Origin: Candidatus Latescibacterota bacterium
Lineage (GTDB): Bacteria; Latescibacterota; UBA2968; UBA8231
DNA: 64,000 bases
Assembly: GCA_965261395.1 (NCBI GenBank)
Contig: OZ253462.1
Coordinates: forward strand, 320,001 to 384,000
Reading direction: 5' to 3'
Part shown: positions 19,214 to 28,905 of the stretch, piece after piece
Position numbering within the stretch: position 1 is the stretch's first letter
Layout of the letters: each line of letters opens with the position of its first letter
Notes under the pieces: generated by a model
Databases searched by the model: none
What the model was told of the DNA's origin: nothing
Seen by the model: the letters and a program-made list of their open reading frames with translations, nothing else
Program-made: the position numbers and the translations under genes

Positions 19214-20611
19214 ATGGAACGTACATCAATAGCGTCTTTCTGGCCTAAAACTTGGCAGTTGTCACTTCACGTAGTGTTAGCTCTGCTCTGCCTACGGGCC
19301 GTCCCCGCCTTCTCGGCCATCGATACCCTCGTCGTCCTGCACACGAACGACTTTCACGGATATATCTCGCCCGACGATGATCGAGCCGCCGGACTGGCCC
19401 GCATCGCCACGTACTTCAACAGCGAGCGCACCCGCCGCTCGAAGGTGCTGGCTCTGGATGCCGGAGACTGCGTATCCGGCACGCCCGTCTCAACCCTCTT
19501 TCAGGGGCGGCCGATTTTTACCGTGATGACAGCCGTCGGCTACGACGCCGTCGCGCTCGGCAACCACGAGTTTGACTATGGTTGGCGCGAGATCCTCGCC
19601 TACCGCGATATCGCCGACTTTCCTCTACTGAGCGCGAACGCGCGCGGTCCTGAAGGCGAACTGATCGCCGACGCGCCCTTCGCGACGCTGAACTTGGAAG
19701 ACCTGCGCGTCGGCATCGTCGGCGTCACAACGCAGAAAACCAGAGAAATCACCACCGCGAATGGCAACGAAGGGGTGACGTTCGACGGGGAAATCGAATC
19801 CGTCCGTTCGGCCGTTGACTCGATCAAAGCCCACGTCGATATCGTCATCCTCCTGTCCCACGCCGGCCACAGTGCTGATAGCACCTTGGCTGAAGCGGTA
19901 GACGACATTGACCTCATTGTCAGCGGTCACAGCCACACAGTCCTCGATCAGCCTCAGATCGTGAAAGGCACTCCGATCGTTCGCGCCGGTGCTTACACAT
20001 CGCACGTCGGCCACGTCCAACTGCTCTACGACCATGATGCGGGACAGGTGACGGAAGTCGAGGGGTTTGTCGTGCCCGCTGCTCAACTTCCGCCGCCGGA
20101 CCCCAAGGTAACTGCCATCGTATCAAAATGGGAGGACCGCGTCTCCCAACTTGTCGACGTCACGATCGGACACACGGAGCGAAACTGGAGTGAGGAGGAG
20201 ATGTACGTGCTCGTAGAGCACATCTTGGCGACCCAGTCCGGCTCGGACATTGGCTTCTACAACAAAGGAGGCGTGAGGAATCGCTTGTATCAGGGCAAAA
20301 TTACAGCCCGCCACATCTGGAACATCCATCCCTTCGGCAATCAACTCGCCATCGTGCAGATTCTTGGGAAGGACATCGGCGGCAAACTGTCGGAACGACT
20401 AACCGCTACGGGCACGGAGATTGATCCCGATAATCTCTATACGGTGGCGACGAATTCCTTTGTCGTCGAGCCACCTCGGCGCGAGTTATTAATCGGGACT
20501 GCCAAGTCGGTGCAGATTGAAGAGGTCCTGATCCGCAACGTAGTTATTAACTACATCAAAGAGGGCGGCCCCATCGACGCGCTGTTGACGCCGACCACAG
20601 TGGAAGAGTGA
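19214..20611 (+). CDS. Bifunctional UDP-sugar hydrolase/5'-nucleotidase
   Basis: LHTNDFHG, DAGD, GNHEFD, LSH, SGHSH, HPFGN; signal peptide. Confidence 0.92.
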   Translation: MERTSIASFWPKTWQLSLHVVLALLCLRAVPAFSAIDTLVVLHTNDFHGYISPDDDRAAGLARIATYFNSERTRRSKVLALDAGDCVSGTPVSTLFQGRPIFTVMTAVGYDAVALGNHEFDYGWREILAYRDIADFPLLSANARGPEGELIADAPFATLNLEDLRVGIVGVTTQKTREITTANGNEGVTFDGEIESVRSAVDSIKAHVDIVILLSHAGHSADSTLAEAVDDIDLIVSGHSHTVLDQPQIVKGTPIVRAGAYTSHVGHVQLLYDHDAGQVTEVEGFVVPAAQLPPPDPKVTAIVSKWEDRVSQLVDVTIGHTERNWSEEEMYVLVEHILATQSGSDIGFYNKGGVRNRLYQGKITARHIWNIHPFGNQLAIVQILGKDIGGKLSERLTATGTEIDPDNLYTVATNSFVVEPPRRELLIGTAKSVQIEEVLIRNVVINYIKEGGPIDALLTPTTVEE

Positions 20612-20642
20612 TATGGGCCGTCGAGACAGAAGCGCCTAGAAC

Positions 20643-21530
20643 TCAAGCCCCACTTAACCCTTCGTGGGCGTAGTGCCAGTCCTCCAAGTGATTGAGCAAC
20701 ACCCCTGAAGTCCAAGTCGGGGGGCGCTGCAAGGTGGCGTGTATCTCAGCCTGCTTGGCGGCGATGTGCTCGCGTTCAAGCAGGAGTTGGTTGAAGGCCG
20801 CCACCGTTTCTTTTTCGATTTCGATAGTACCTTCCCGCCGCACCCAGTCCTCAAATGCGAGATAGGTCGGCATCTCCTCGCGGAGAAACGCAAGGGCTGC
20901 GTCCTGATCCACCTGTAAGATCTGCAAGCAGCGCTGGTCGAGGCTGCCCTCGGCGCAGTCGGGGTAGTCGAGATGCAGCCAGCCCCTGGCGCGCAGGCAG
21001 GTCTTGAGCCAAGTGCGAGGTAGCTGGCAGATGCCCAACGGGCCTTGGTCAATGCTACTGAGGGTAGGGGCCACAGGCCCAGGCAGGCCCGGGGCACCGG
21101 GAGCGAAGACGCGGCGGTGAAAAAGGTGCCAGTCCTGTAGGCAGTTGAGCAGCACGGCCGATCCTTCGGTCGCCTCCTCCTGCGACCAGCCTATATCCCC
21201 ATAGGTTTCGTCGATTTTGGCCGGGACATAATGGGTGCGCGACACCAGCGACTTGTTCCAGCGCGCGATGCGGGTGTCCTCGTGGGTACCTTCGGCGGTC
21301 ACCCACTCCTCGAACTGTAGGTAGGTAGGCCGCTGATCCCACAAAAAATTCAAGGCGCGGTCTTGGTCGAGGTGCAGCACCTCCAGCACGTATTTGTCGA
21401 GACCGCCGCTGCAAAAGGGATAGTCCGCGTCGAGTTGCCCGGCTTGGTGGAGGAGGTTTTTCCACCACAGACGCGGTAGCTGGGCCACGCCCAGCGGGCC
21501 TTGACAGAGAGTGCTGACCAATGGAATCAC
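20643..21530 (-). CDS. Tandem DUF5069-like domain protein
   Basis: Two repeats of GPLG-x-x-QLPR-x-WxK...DYP...PTYL-x-FE-x-WV...L-x-DWH. Confidence 0.65.
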   Translation of the reverse strand: MIPLVSTLCQGPLGVAQLPRLWWKNLLHQAGQLDADYPFCSGGLDKYVLEVLHLDQDRALNFLWDQRPTYLQFEEWVTAEGTHEDTRIARWNKSLVSRTHYVPAKIDETYGDIGWSQEEATEGSAVLLNCLQDWHLFHRRVFAPGAPGLPGPVAPTLSSIDQGPLGICQLPRTWLKTCLRARGWLHLDYPDCAEGSLDQRCLQILQVDQDAALAFLREEMPTYLAFEDWVRREGTIEIEKETVAAFNQLLLEREHIAAKQAEIHATLQRPPTWTSGVLLNHLEDWHYAHEGLSGA

Positions 21531-21542
21531 AATTTGCTCCTT

Positions 21543-22397
21543 TCAGGTGGCCGCCAACTCAAACAGCGGTGCGTTCCCCTCGGCGCGCACCCGCAAGTCC
21601 TCCACTTCGGCGGCCGTGATAGGCGCGAGGCGGTCGGCCATGTCCAAGGCCATTTCAAAGAGGGGGGCTTCACCGGGCGGCAGGGCGGCAGTGATGGGCT
21701 GCGATAGGGCGAAGCGCAGGGCTAGCTCGGCTAGTTCCGGCTCGTCAATGGGATCGTACCAGCATTTGGCGTAGCGTTTGGGTGCCCCTTGGGGTAGGCG
21801 CGAGCGGGCCATGGCTTTGAGGGCTAGACAGGCGGTGCCGCACTCTTGGGCCTTGGCTACGACTTGAGGGCCGAAGTCGGCCTGGAAGTAATTGACCCAG
21901 TTGACGGGAAAGAGCACCGAGTCAAAGGGAAAATGGTCCAGCAATTTCAAGGCGATTTCAGCCGAGTGGGCCGAAAAACCTATGTAGCGCACCAATCCTT
22001 GATCGCGGGCCTCCACAAACGCCGCCAAGGCTCCGTCGGGAGCAGTGGCCGCGGCGAAATCCTCATCCGTGGTCATGGCGTGCAATTGGTACAGGTCGAA
22101 GTGGTCGGTGCGCATGATTTTGAGCGATTGGCGCAACTCGGCGGCGGCCCCGGCCCGCGTGCGCTGGGTCGTCTTGCAGGCCAAGAATACATCGTTGCGA
22201 TACGGTTCCAAAGCTGGCCCTAGACGCTCTTCGGCGTTGCCATAGGACGGAGCCACGTCAAAGTAATTGACGCCGCGCTCGACAACTCGTCCCACCAAGC
22301 GGGCGGCCTCAGCCGCTTCCACTTGGCTGACGACGATGCCGCCAAAGCCGATTACGGAGAGGTGTTCACCCGTGGTGCCGTAGGGACGTCGCTGCAT
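21543..22397 (-). CDS. Aldo/keto reductase
   Basis: GVNYFDVAPSYG, TDHFDLYQLH, IGFSAH. Confidence 0.9.
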   Translation of the reverse strand: MQRRPYGTTGEHLSVIGFGGIVVSQVEAAEAARLVGRVVERGVNYFDVAPSYGNAEERLGPALEPYRNDVFLACKTTQRTRAGAAAELRQSLKIMRTDHFDLYQLHAMTTDEDFAAATAPDGALAAFVEARDQGLVRYIGFSAHSAEIALKLLDHFPFDSVLFPVNWVNYFQADFGPQVVAKAQECGTACLALKAMARSRLPQGAPKRYAKCWYDPIDEPELAELALRFALSQPITAALPPGEAPLFEMALDMADRLAPITAAEVEDLRVRAEGNAPLFELAAT

Positions 22398-22445
22398 AGA
22401 TATTCTCCTATTTTCCGGTGGAACAGATGCGTTATCGTCGGGAAT

Positions 22446-23594
22446 CTACTCAAACGCCGTTTCGCCGCACTTGTGCCCCTCAATGTAATCCCAATCCATC
22501 TCCACGCCCAAACCCGGCCCCTGCGGCACAGGCACATGGCCTTGGGCATCGACGTTTTCCAGCTCGTCGGTGAATTCGGGGGGATAGACGGGCGGCTTGG
22601 TGTTTTTGACTAGGGGATGGAGCAGGCCCAATTCGTAGTAGTTGGTGTTGCGGATGGCGGCAATGCAATGGCGGTGCGCCAAGCCGCCGCCGTGGAACTC
22701 GCAGTCGAGACCAAAGCCCTCGGCGGCGTGGGCGACCTTCATCGCGCCAGTGATGCCGCCGTCCTCAAACGTGCCGACGCGGACGAAGTCCGTGCCGCCG
22801 TGGGCAATGAAGTCCACGTGCTGCTCGAGACCAAAGATGTGCTCGGTCTGCAAAAGCGGCGTCTTGAGCAATTCGCGGAGCTTCTTGTGGGCGAAGATGG
22901 AGACGCCGCCATCCTGATAGGGATCCTCGAGCCAGAAGTAGCCCGCCTCGTCGCAGGCGCGGCCTACGCGCAGAGCGTCCGCCCACGTCTCGTATTCGCA
23001 GGCCGGGTCAATCATCAGGTCCATGCGCTCGCCCACGCGGTCGCCGACGGCAAGGACATTGGCTACTTCGCGGGCGATGGGGGCGTTGCCCCAGCCGTGA
23101 ATCTTGAACGCGGGATAGCCGATCGCCGCGCACTGCTCGGCGAAGTCGGCAAAGGCTTCCGGCGTGCTCAGGCCGCCGTTCTCGTCGCCGTGATAAGTCG
23201 AAGCATAGGCGGGGATAGTCTTTCTCCAGCCGCCCAAAAGCTGCCAGATAGGCGCGCCGTACACCTTACCGGCGAAATCCCAGAGTGCCACGTCAACAGC
23301 GCAGATGTCGGTGCGAGCCGAGTGGCGCAGACCGCGCTTGATATCGTTGTACATTCGCTCGCGGGCAAACGGGTCGCGGCCGAGCAGGTAGCGGGCGACG
23401 TTTTCGGGCACTGGGCGGCCGAGGCATTCGCCGGTGATGCCCATGCTGGTGTGGATGCGTACCACGCAGGGCGTCATCGGCAGCGTCGCGCCCTGCTGGT
23501 AAACTTGATTAAAACCGTTGTAGTCGGTGCCCATGTTTTCGATCTGATGGGCAAAGTAAATATTTTCGATCTTGGTGATTTTGGGGTCGGACAT
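22446..23594 (-). CDS. Mandelate racemase family enolase-superfamily protein
   Basis: DVALWD, FKIHG, MIDP, WLEDP, GPGLG; start re-set to MSDPK. Confidence 0.88.
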   Translation of the reverse strand: MSDPKITKIENIYFAHQIENMGTDYNGFNQVYQQGATLPMTPCVVRIHTSMGITGECLGRPVPENVARYLLGRDPFARERMYNDIKRGLRHSARTDICAVDVALWDFAGKVYGAPIWQLLGGWRKTIPAYASTYHGDENGGLSTPEAFADFAEQCAAIGYPAFKIHGWGNAPIAREVANVLAVGDRVGERMDLMIDPACEYETWADALRVGRACDEAGYFWLEDPYQDGGVSIFAHKKLRELLKTPLLQTEHIFGLEQHVDFIAHGGTDFVRVGTFEDGGITGAMKVAHAAEGFGLDCEFHGGGLAHRHCIAAIRNTNYYELGLLHPLVKNTKPPVYPPEFTDELENVDAQGHVPVPQGPGLGVEMDWDYIEGHKCGETAFE

Positions 23595-23623
23595 GAGGTT
23601 CCGTTCCTTTCGGGAAAAGGGGA

Positions 23624-24340
23624 TCAGCAAAAGGGTTTTGGCATTTGATCCCACGTTTTGTTGTCCAGCGTCCGGCCCGTCTTTTTCTTGAATACGCCAC
23701 CCCATTGTTTGAAGAAGAACGGCACATCGCTCCGCAAACAGTGATCGCGGATGGCTCGCACCCAGTCGACTTCCATCGGCCGGGCACCCGGCCCAGATTC
23801 ACCGCCGACGATAACCCAGCCAATTCCCGTCAAGTCCATATCAGACAAAGGGCCGAGCAGAGGTTCGAGAGACAGAAACTTCGTCTTTGCCCCAGTCTCT
23901 TTGAGCCGTGTCATCCGACCCAACCATCTTGAAGATTCAATGCTTGTGCCGAGCCAGATGTTCGGCGTCCAGTTCAGCCTTCCATCGAGCTGCGCAACGC
24001 GATCTGGACGTTTGGTAAGCACTTGGAACGTGTGCTGAGACGCCTCGTTCATGGTTGCAAATACCGATTCTATAAAGGCCGAGGGAACGGACTTATGGAA
24101 CAGATCGGACATGGAATTGACGAATACTATGCTAGGCTTCTTCCAGCGAATCGGCTCGCGCAAGGCTTCTGGGTGGACCGTAACCGCAAATCCGTATTTG
24201 TATTTTTTGGCTCCCATCGCTTGCAGCCTTTGCGACATCCTTTCGGCATAGCAATGCTTGCAGCCATGGCTGATCTTCGTGCAACCGGTCACCGGATTCC
24301 ACGTAGTCTCGGTCCATTCGATTTTGGAGCGCGTGGACAT
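23624..24340 (-). CDS. DUF5131 / phage Gp37-Gp68 family radical-SAM-like protein
   Basis: [59 protein letters not shown]. Confidence 0.92.
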   Translation of the reverse strand: MSTRSKIEWTETTWNPVTGCTKISHGCKHCYAERMSQRLQAMGAKKYKYGFAVTVHPEALREPIRWKKPSIVFVNSMSDLFHKSVPSAFIESVFATMNEASQHTFQVLTKRPDRVAQLDGRLNWTPNIWLGTSIESSRWLGRMTRLKETGAKTKFLSLEPLLGPLSDMDLTGIGWVIVGGESGPGARPMEVDWVRAIRDHCLRSDVPFFFKQWGGVFKKKTGRTLDNKTWDQMPKPFC

Positions 24341-24342
24341 AT

Positions 24343-24450
24343 TTACAAGTCCTTTAGGATATGCTCCGCTATACCCATTGCGGGGCCGATTCCCTTCGGG
24401 TTCCCAACACAGAATAGAAATTCAAACAACGCTGAATTCCTTGAGTTCCG
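24343..24450 (-). pseudogene. C-terminal remnant of a three-Cys-motif partner protein (TcmP-like)
   Basis: Manual translation gives [35 protein letters not shown], stopping 2 nt before the DUF5131 ATG. Confidence 0.65.
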
Positions 24451-24451
24451 C

Positions 24452-26827
24452 TCAAGAGCGGCCTAAGATTATATTTTCCCTTACTCTTTGGAGATATTTT
24501 TCATTTTCAACATCGTTTTGGTTCGGATAGCCTTCTTTAATCAATTCTTCTATCGCCCGATCAACTAAATCTGCGGGTAGATTCGTTGCATTATATGTAT
24601 CGGCCAAGGCAGCCTTGACGTTCCTATACACACTACCGGTATTAGTAAACCCCATTTCTTCGGTTCTTTCCTTTAGAGCCTTTATTCTCAATTCTCTAAT
24701 TGACCTCCCTGGACGCTTGCGCTTCTCCTCTCCGATATAGTTGCATATGAATCTTAAATCTTCGTTTGCTCTATCTTGTGTATTCATTGATCCGCGTTTA
24801 GTCGTACCTCTTCTCTTTGGCGGCGATGGATTTTTATACGTCTTACGCAACTCTTCTATCTCAGGCTCCAAAAATTCAGCGTTGACATAAGTGCGAAAAG
24901 CTTCTGTTGCCGTGAAGCACCGATATCCAGCCGCGCTGGCCCTTGAGAGCACTTCAGCCGGTTCGTTCAGCAGAACCGCCACCGGAACGCTCAGTTCGGA
25001 TTGAAGACCGTCGGGCCAAGCAAGGTCGAGTACGGCGAGTTGGGTGCCGGTGGCTTCATCAGACAAGTCGAAACTGATCTGGCCCCGTGGCAGCCCTTGT
25101 CTTTCTACCCAGTCGTTAATAGCCTCAATCTCTCCTTCTTCTGCTTCAGTGGAGATGCCGTCGGGCGGGACTTCAGCGGCGGCGACTGTGTCAGCCTCAG
25201 CTAGGTCCGCCGAAGTTGCCACCGCTGAAGTATCTAGCCACTCAGTATCGCCGTGTAGAAGTTGCGCAAACTGATGGTTTGCCTCTCTGGCCAAAAGCTC
25301 CCTTCGCGCCTCAAGGAAGTAGAAATAATTCTCGATTTTCCATAAATTCCGGTCGCTTGGAATCCACTGCGATGCTAATGCACCCGGATGTTGCTCCTCG
25401 ATCTCGGCGAAATACTCTTCGGGCAGGCGGTCGCGAATAGAAAGATTTGTGCCCTTCGTCAGGAAACAGTAATTGGCCAGTGAGTGGACATGAGATAGTC
25501 GGAGTCCACACTTGTACAGTCGGGCTTTGGGAAAGATGTGATGTACTTCAAGCTGACTCATCTTGCCGAGAAGATTCGCACGCAACGGAAGTCCATTTCC
25601 CCAGTCCCGAGACTCGCCTATGCGCGTCAGCATGTAGAGCACAGGGTAAAACCGCGTTCCAAGTCCCCAAGGTGTGAAGTGTTCGGGCTCGATGCGAAGC
25701 TCGCCATGCCATGACTTCATTTCCTCCAACAGTGCGTCAAGGTTACCCCCAGACTCTTCAAGTACTGCTAAATCTCGGTCAAGTTTGGACTCCGTTGCTC
25801 CAGAGTAACGACCCCACATCCCCGCCTGGGCAAACCAGAACAACAGTTTGTCACGCTCTTTTTCACTGAGCATTCCTTGTTTCCGGTCCAAGTAACGCAC
25901 TATGACCGGTACGGCTAGAGGTGCGAAAAAGACCCGTTTGTGATCGAGTCCAAGCCGCCCGGCGATCATGTTCAAGCAGTCATCGATATATTTGGTGGCG
26001 CGCCGCAGACAGTCCTGGATGTCCAGCGAGTCTTGATTGTGCAGATAACTGAACTGTGCTTCACCAGTGAGCAGTGTGTTGACTGAACGCAGCAGCCAGT
26101 TGAGCGTGAACTCGTACCCGGCTTCCTCCCACTTGTTCAGCTTGGCCTTCATAATGCCTCGGGCGTCGGGCCATTCGGCACAAACTTTGGCAAGGGCCAG
26201 ATCGCCCTTGGACAGTTTGGTCCCACCGCTATTGACGCGATTGAAAATGTCCACGACGACATCAAGGGTCTTGTCCGTGCCAGTGACTTCGTCAAGATGC
26301 AGGTCGATCTCGGCAATACCGAGGATCCTGTTCAGGCGACCGATGTAGGCACTCATTTTTTCTGCATGTTCGGGACTTGTGTTGAGCTTCGCGATGAATC
26401 CACCAAGACCGTCGATACCCTTCTGCATCAGATCGGTCACGTCCACCCATAGCGGATCGTCCTTCATCGACGTCTTGTAGAACCCGAAGATTTCTTCCTC
26501 TAAGTGAAACCGAAGTCCAGTGAAAGTCGACTCGTTGCCGTCGAAGAACTTCGGTGGACGGCCACGCATCACGCCGTACAGCGAGGTTACTCGCTGCTGG
26601 CCATCAAGCAACATATTAACGGTTCCAACCGCTATCGGGCCTTCGCCCCGATGCGCCGCTCCCTTCGCTTCGGTCACCCAGACCAGCAAGCCGCCTACCG
26701 GATGCCGTCGGTAGAGCGAGTCAAAGAATTCGCGCACTTGTTTGCGGCTCCAGACATAGCCGCGCTGAAATTCGGGCAAGGCGATATGACCAGAGTCGAT
26801 GTGGTCGAGAATGGTCGAGATTTTCAT
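24452..26827 (-). CDS. GmrSD-like DUF262 + HNH-type (DUF1524-like) restriction protein with extra C-terminal domains
   Basis: LPEFQRGYVW, LLDGQQR, IFNRVNSGG, EVHHIFPK...LAN; lower GC. Confidence 0.85.
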   Translation of the reverse strand: MKISTILDHIDSGHIALPEFQRGYVWSRKQVREFFDSLYRRHPVGGLLVWVTEAKGAAHRGEGPIAVGTVNMLLDGQQRVTSLYGVMRGRPPKFFDGNESTFTGLRFHLEEEIFGFYKTSMKDDPLWVDVTDLMQKGIDGLGGFIAKLNTSPEHAEKMSAYIGRLNRILGIAEIDLHLDEVTGTDKTLDVVVDIFNRVNSGGTKLSKGDLALAKVCAEWPDARGIMKAKLNKWEEAGYEFTLNWLLRSVNTLLTGEAQFSYLHNQDSLDIQDCLRRATKYIDDCLNMIAGRLGLDHKRVFFAPLAVPVIVRYLDRKQGMLSEKERDKLLFWFAQAGMWGRYSGATESKLDRDLAVLEESGGNLDALLEEMKSWHGELRIEPEHFTPWGLGTRFYPVLYMLTRIGESRDWGNGLPLRANLLGKMSQLEVHHIFPKARLYKCGLRLSHVHSLANYCFLTKGTNLSIRDRLPEEYFAEIEEQHPGALASQWIPSDRNLWKIENYFYFLEARRELLAREANHQFAQLLHGDTEWLDTSAVATSADLAEADTVAAAEVPPDGISTEAEEGEIEAINDWVERQGLPRGQISFDLSDEATGTQLAVLDLAWPDGLQSELSVPVAVLLNEPAEVLSRASAAGYRCFTATEAFRTYVNAEFLEPEIEELRKTYKNPSPPKRRGTTKRGSMNTQDRANEDLRFICNYIGEEKRKRPGRSIRELRIKALKERTEEMGFTNTGSVYRNVKAALADTYNATNLPADLVDRAIEELIKEGYPNQNDVENEKYLQRVRENIILGRS

Positions 26828-26978
26828 ATTAGCTCCTCAAATTATTTCGCTCCCACTATCTTCTGAAAAATTCGTCCAAACAGTAAATGCCGTACAGCGT
26901 ACATATCCTTACAGACTCTTCAATTCATAGAGGTGGGTGCAGGCGGCGCGGCGGTTTTCGGTTCCCTACCGTCTTCTC

Positions 26979-27818
26979 TCAAGCAAAAACTGTCAGTCGT
27001 GCAGGATTGGCGGGATTGACGGCCCACAGTTCCGCTGGATCGTAACCGCGCACGGCCTGCGGGGGCTGCGCTGGTAGTGCCCACTCCGGGTTGAAGCGCT
27101 CGATTAGCGCGGCGAGGTTTTTGTAGGCAATGCGGTCCTTGAGGTCGTCGTCAACTGGAGCTTCCTCAATGACCTTCTGCAATATCCGATAGTCGTAATA
27201 GGGCAGATCGGCACCAAAAATCAGCCGCTCGCGGCCCACCTTGTCGGCAAACCACGCAAAATCCCACTCAGAGCCTGATCCATCCGGGTACTGGACAACC
27301 TCGAAAAACACATTGTCGTGCCGGGCCAGATGCTCGGCGGCCCAAGTACTGGCATGGGCGATGAACGTGCAGTGCGGGAACATTGCGGCGATGCGGTCCA
27401 TGAGCGGGTTGTGCATATGCAGGTTGACCAAGCCCTCCCGGGCGGCGGCAGCCTCGACGAAGGGGATGCACCACTCGGCGATGGGCGGATGGCCGACGAT
27501 GCCGACCAAGCCCAATTCGCTCATCGCCCTTTCGGCCTCTTCAATGCCCAGTTTGCCAAAGCGCGCCTCAATCAAGGCCAAACCAATGGGAAAGACGCCG
27601 GGAAAATCGCGGCAGGCGCGGGCGATGACCTCGTTCTGACGACGGATATCTACTATACCGCGGGTAATCGGGCTGCCGACAGCGGTGGGCATGGATATCG
27701 CGGCGTGGATGTGGGTCTCGGCGAAGCGCGTGAGGCACATGGCGGTGTTTTGGCCAACCGGTGGCACGCGGTCGATGGTGCGGCCGATGTGGTTGTGGCA
27801 GTCGATATAGGGACGCAT
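26979..27818 (-). CDS. Amidohydrolase_2 family protein
   Basis: IDCHNHIG, LH, IAH, LIFGADLP. Confidence 0.82.
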   Translation of the reverse strand: MRPYIDCHNHIGRTIDRVPPVGQNTAMCLTRFAETHIHAAISMPTAVGSPITRGIVDIRRQNEVIARACRDFPGVFPIGLALIEARFGKLGIEEAERAMSELGLVGIVGHPPIAEWCIPFVEAAAAREGLVNLHMHNPLMDRIAAMFPHCTFIAHASTWAAEHLARHDNVFFEVVQYPDGSGSEWDFAWFADKVGRERLIFGADLPYYDYRILQKVIEEAPVDDDLKDRIAYKNLAALIERFNPEWALPAQPPQAVRGYDPAELWAVNPANPARLTVFA

Positions 27819-28865
27819 TCAAAGCTCCGTTAGGTCAATGGCGCGGCGCGCTTGGGTAGCACGGCGCGCCGCCTCAATGATGCTGAGGTTGTGATAGGCT
27901 CCCGCGCCGGTAATCGGCGGAGGATCCCCCGCGGCTAGGGCGGCGAACGTGGCGGTGAGATAGTCGGCGTGGCCGGTGACATTGCGCTCCGTGACGTCGA
28001 GCGGAATCTCGGACCAAGTGCTCGTCGCGCGCGCGAAGCGATGCAGCGCTCGACCGCGACCGACGACGCGCAGGCAGTCGCCGCGAGTGTGTACTTCGCA
28101 GAGACCGCCTAGCTCGCCGGCCCCCGCGCCGACCATACCCCAGGAGGTGGAGACCGTAGAGATGGCTCCGTTTTCGTGTTCGAGGAGCAAGAGCGCCACA
28201 TCGTCGACGTCGATGTCGAAAAAGTGCGTCTGCACTCGCGCCTCGACATAGCGCACCGGCGAGCACATCAAGGTTTCGAGCGAATAGATTTCGTGGTACC
28301 CCGTATCGCCGATGCAGCCGCCGCCCGCCGATTTGGAAGCCCGCCAGATTCTGGCCGAGCTAGCGCGGTGATGAGCTTCGGTCATGGGAAAGAGCGATTT
28401 GGCACGGCCGACTTGCGGGATGGGCAGCTCGCCCTCGTGCAAAAGCGCGATGGCGTGGAGGGTGCCGGGGGTAAAGACGGCGTTGTGGACGACTGTATAA
28501 ATGACGTCGTGGCGCGCGACAGCGTCTAGCACGGCCGAGGCGTCCTCCAGCGAAGTAGCCATCGGCTTTTCACTAATGACGGCACAGCCAGCTTCAGCCG
28601 CGGCAATGACTTGCTCGGCGTGCAGGTGGTGCGGCGTGGCAATGAGGACGGCATCGAGGGCGGCTTGCTCCAGCATGTCGCGGTAGTCGGCGTAGCGCTG
28701 GGCGGGCGGGACGCCGGTCGTCGCGCCGACGTTGGCCAAGTTGTCGTCGGCCGGGTCAGCTAGCGCGGCAATGCGCACCGTATCGAGCGCAAGCAACGTC
28801 GGCAGGTGCTGCTGCTGGACGATGCCGCCGCAGCCGATTAGTCCGAGGCGAATGGGGGTTTGCAT
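27819..28865 (-). CDS. Gfo/Idh/MocA oxidoreductase
   Basis: LGLIGCGGI, ATPHHLH, SEKP, GGG-x-x-GDTGYH; start re-set to MQTPIR. Confidence 0.9.
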   Translation of the reverse strand: MQTPIRLGLIGCGGIVQQQHLPTLLALDTVRIAALADPADDNLANVGATTGVPPAQRYADYRDMLEQAALDAVLIATPHHLHAEQVIAAAEAGCAVISEKPMATSLEDASAVLDAVARHDVIYTVVHNAVFTPGTLHAIALLHEGELPIPQVGRAKSLFPMTEAHHRASSARIWRASKSAGGGCIGDTGYHEIYSLETLMCSPVRYVEARVQTHFFDIDVDDVALLLLEHENGAISTVSTSWGMVGAGAGELGGLCEVHTRGDCLRVVGRGRALHRFARATSTWSEIPLDVTERNVTGHADYLTATFAALAAGDPPPITGAGAYHNLSIIEAARRATQARRAIDLTEL

Positions 28866-28871
28866 AGGCTT

Positions 28872-28903
28872 AGGTAGGGGCGACCGGCCGGTCGCCCCTA
28901 CCT
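28872..28903. repeat. Perfect 32-bp palindrome, GTAG-type REP-like element
   Basis: AGGTAGGGGCGACCGG|CCGGTCGCCCCTACCT, intergenic. Confidence 0.75.
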
Positions 28904-28905
28904 TC

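Noticed and set aside
23624-24340. Prophage, from the phage Gp37/Gp68 label
   Set aside because: No structural, terminase or integrase genes; this family is common outside phages.
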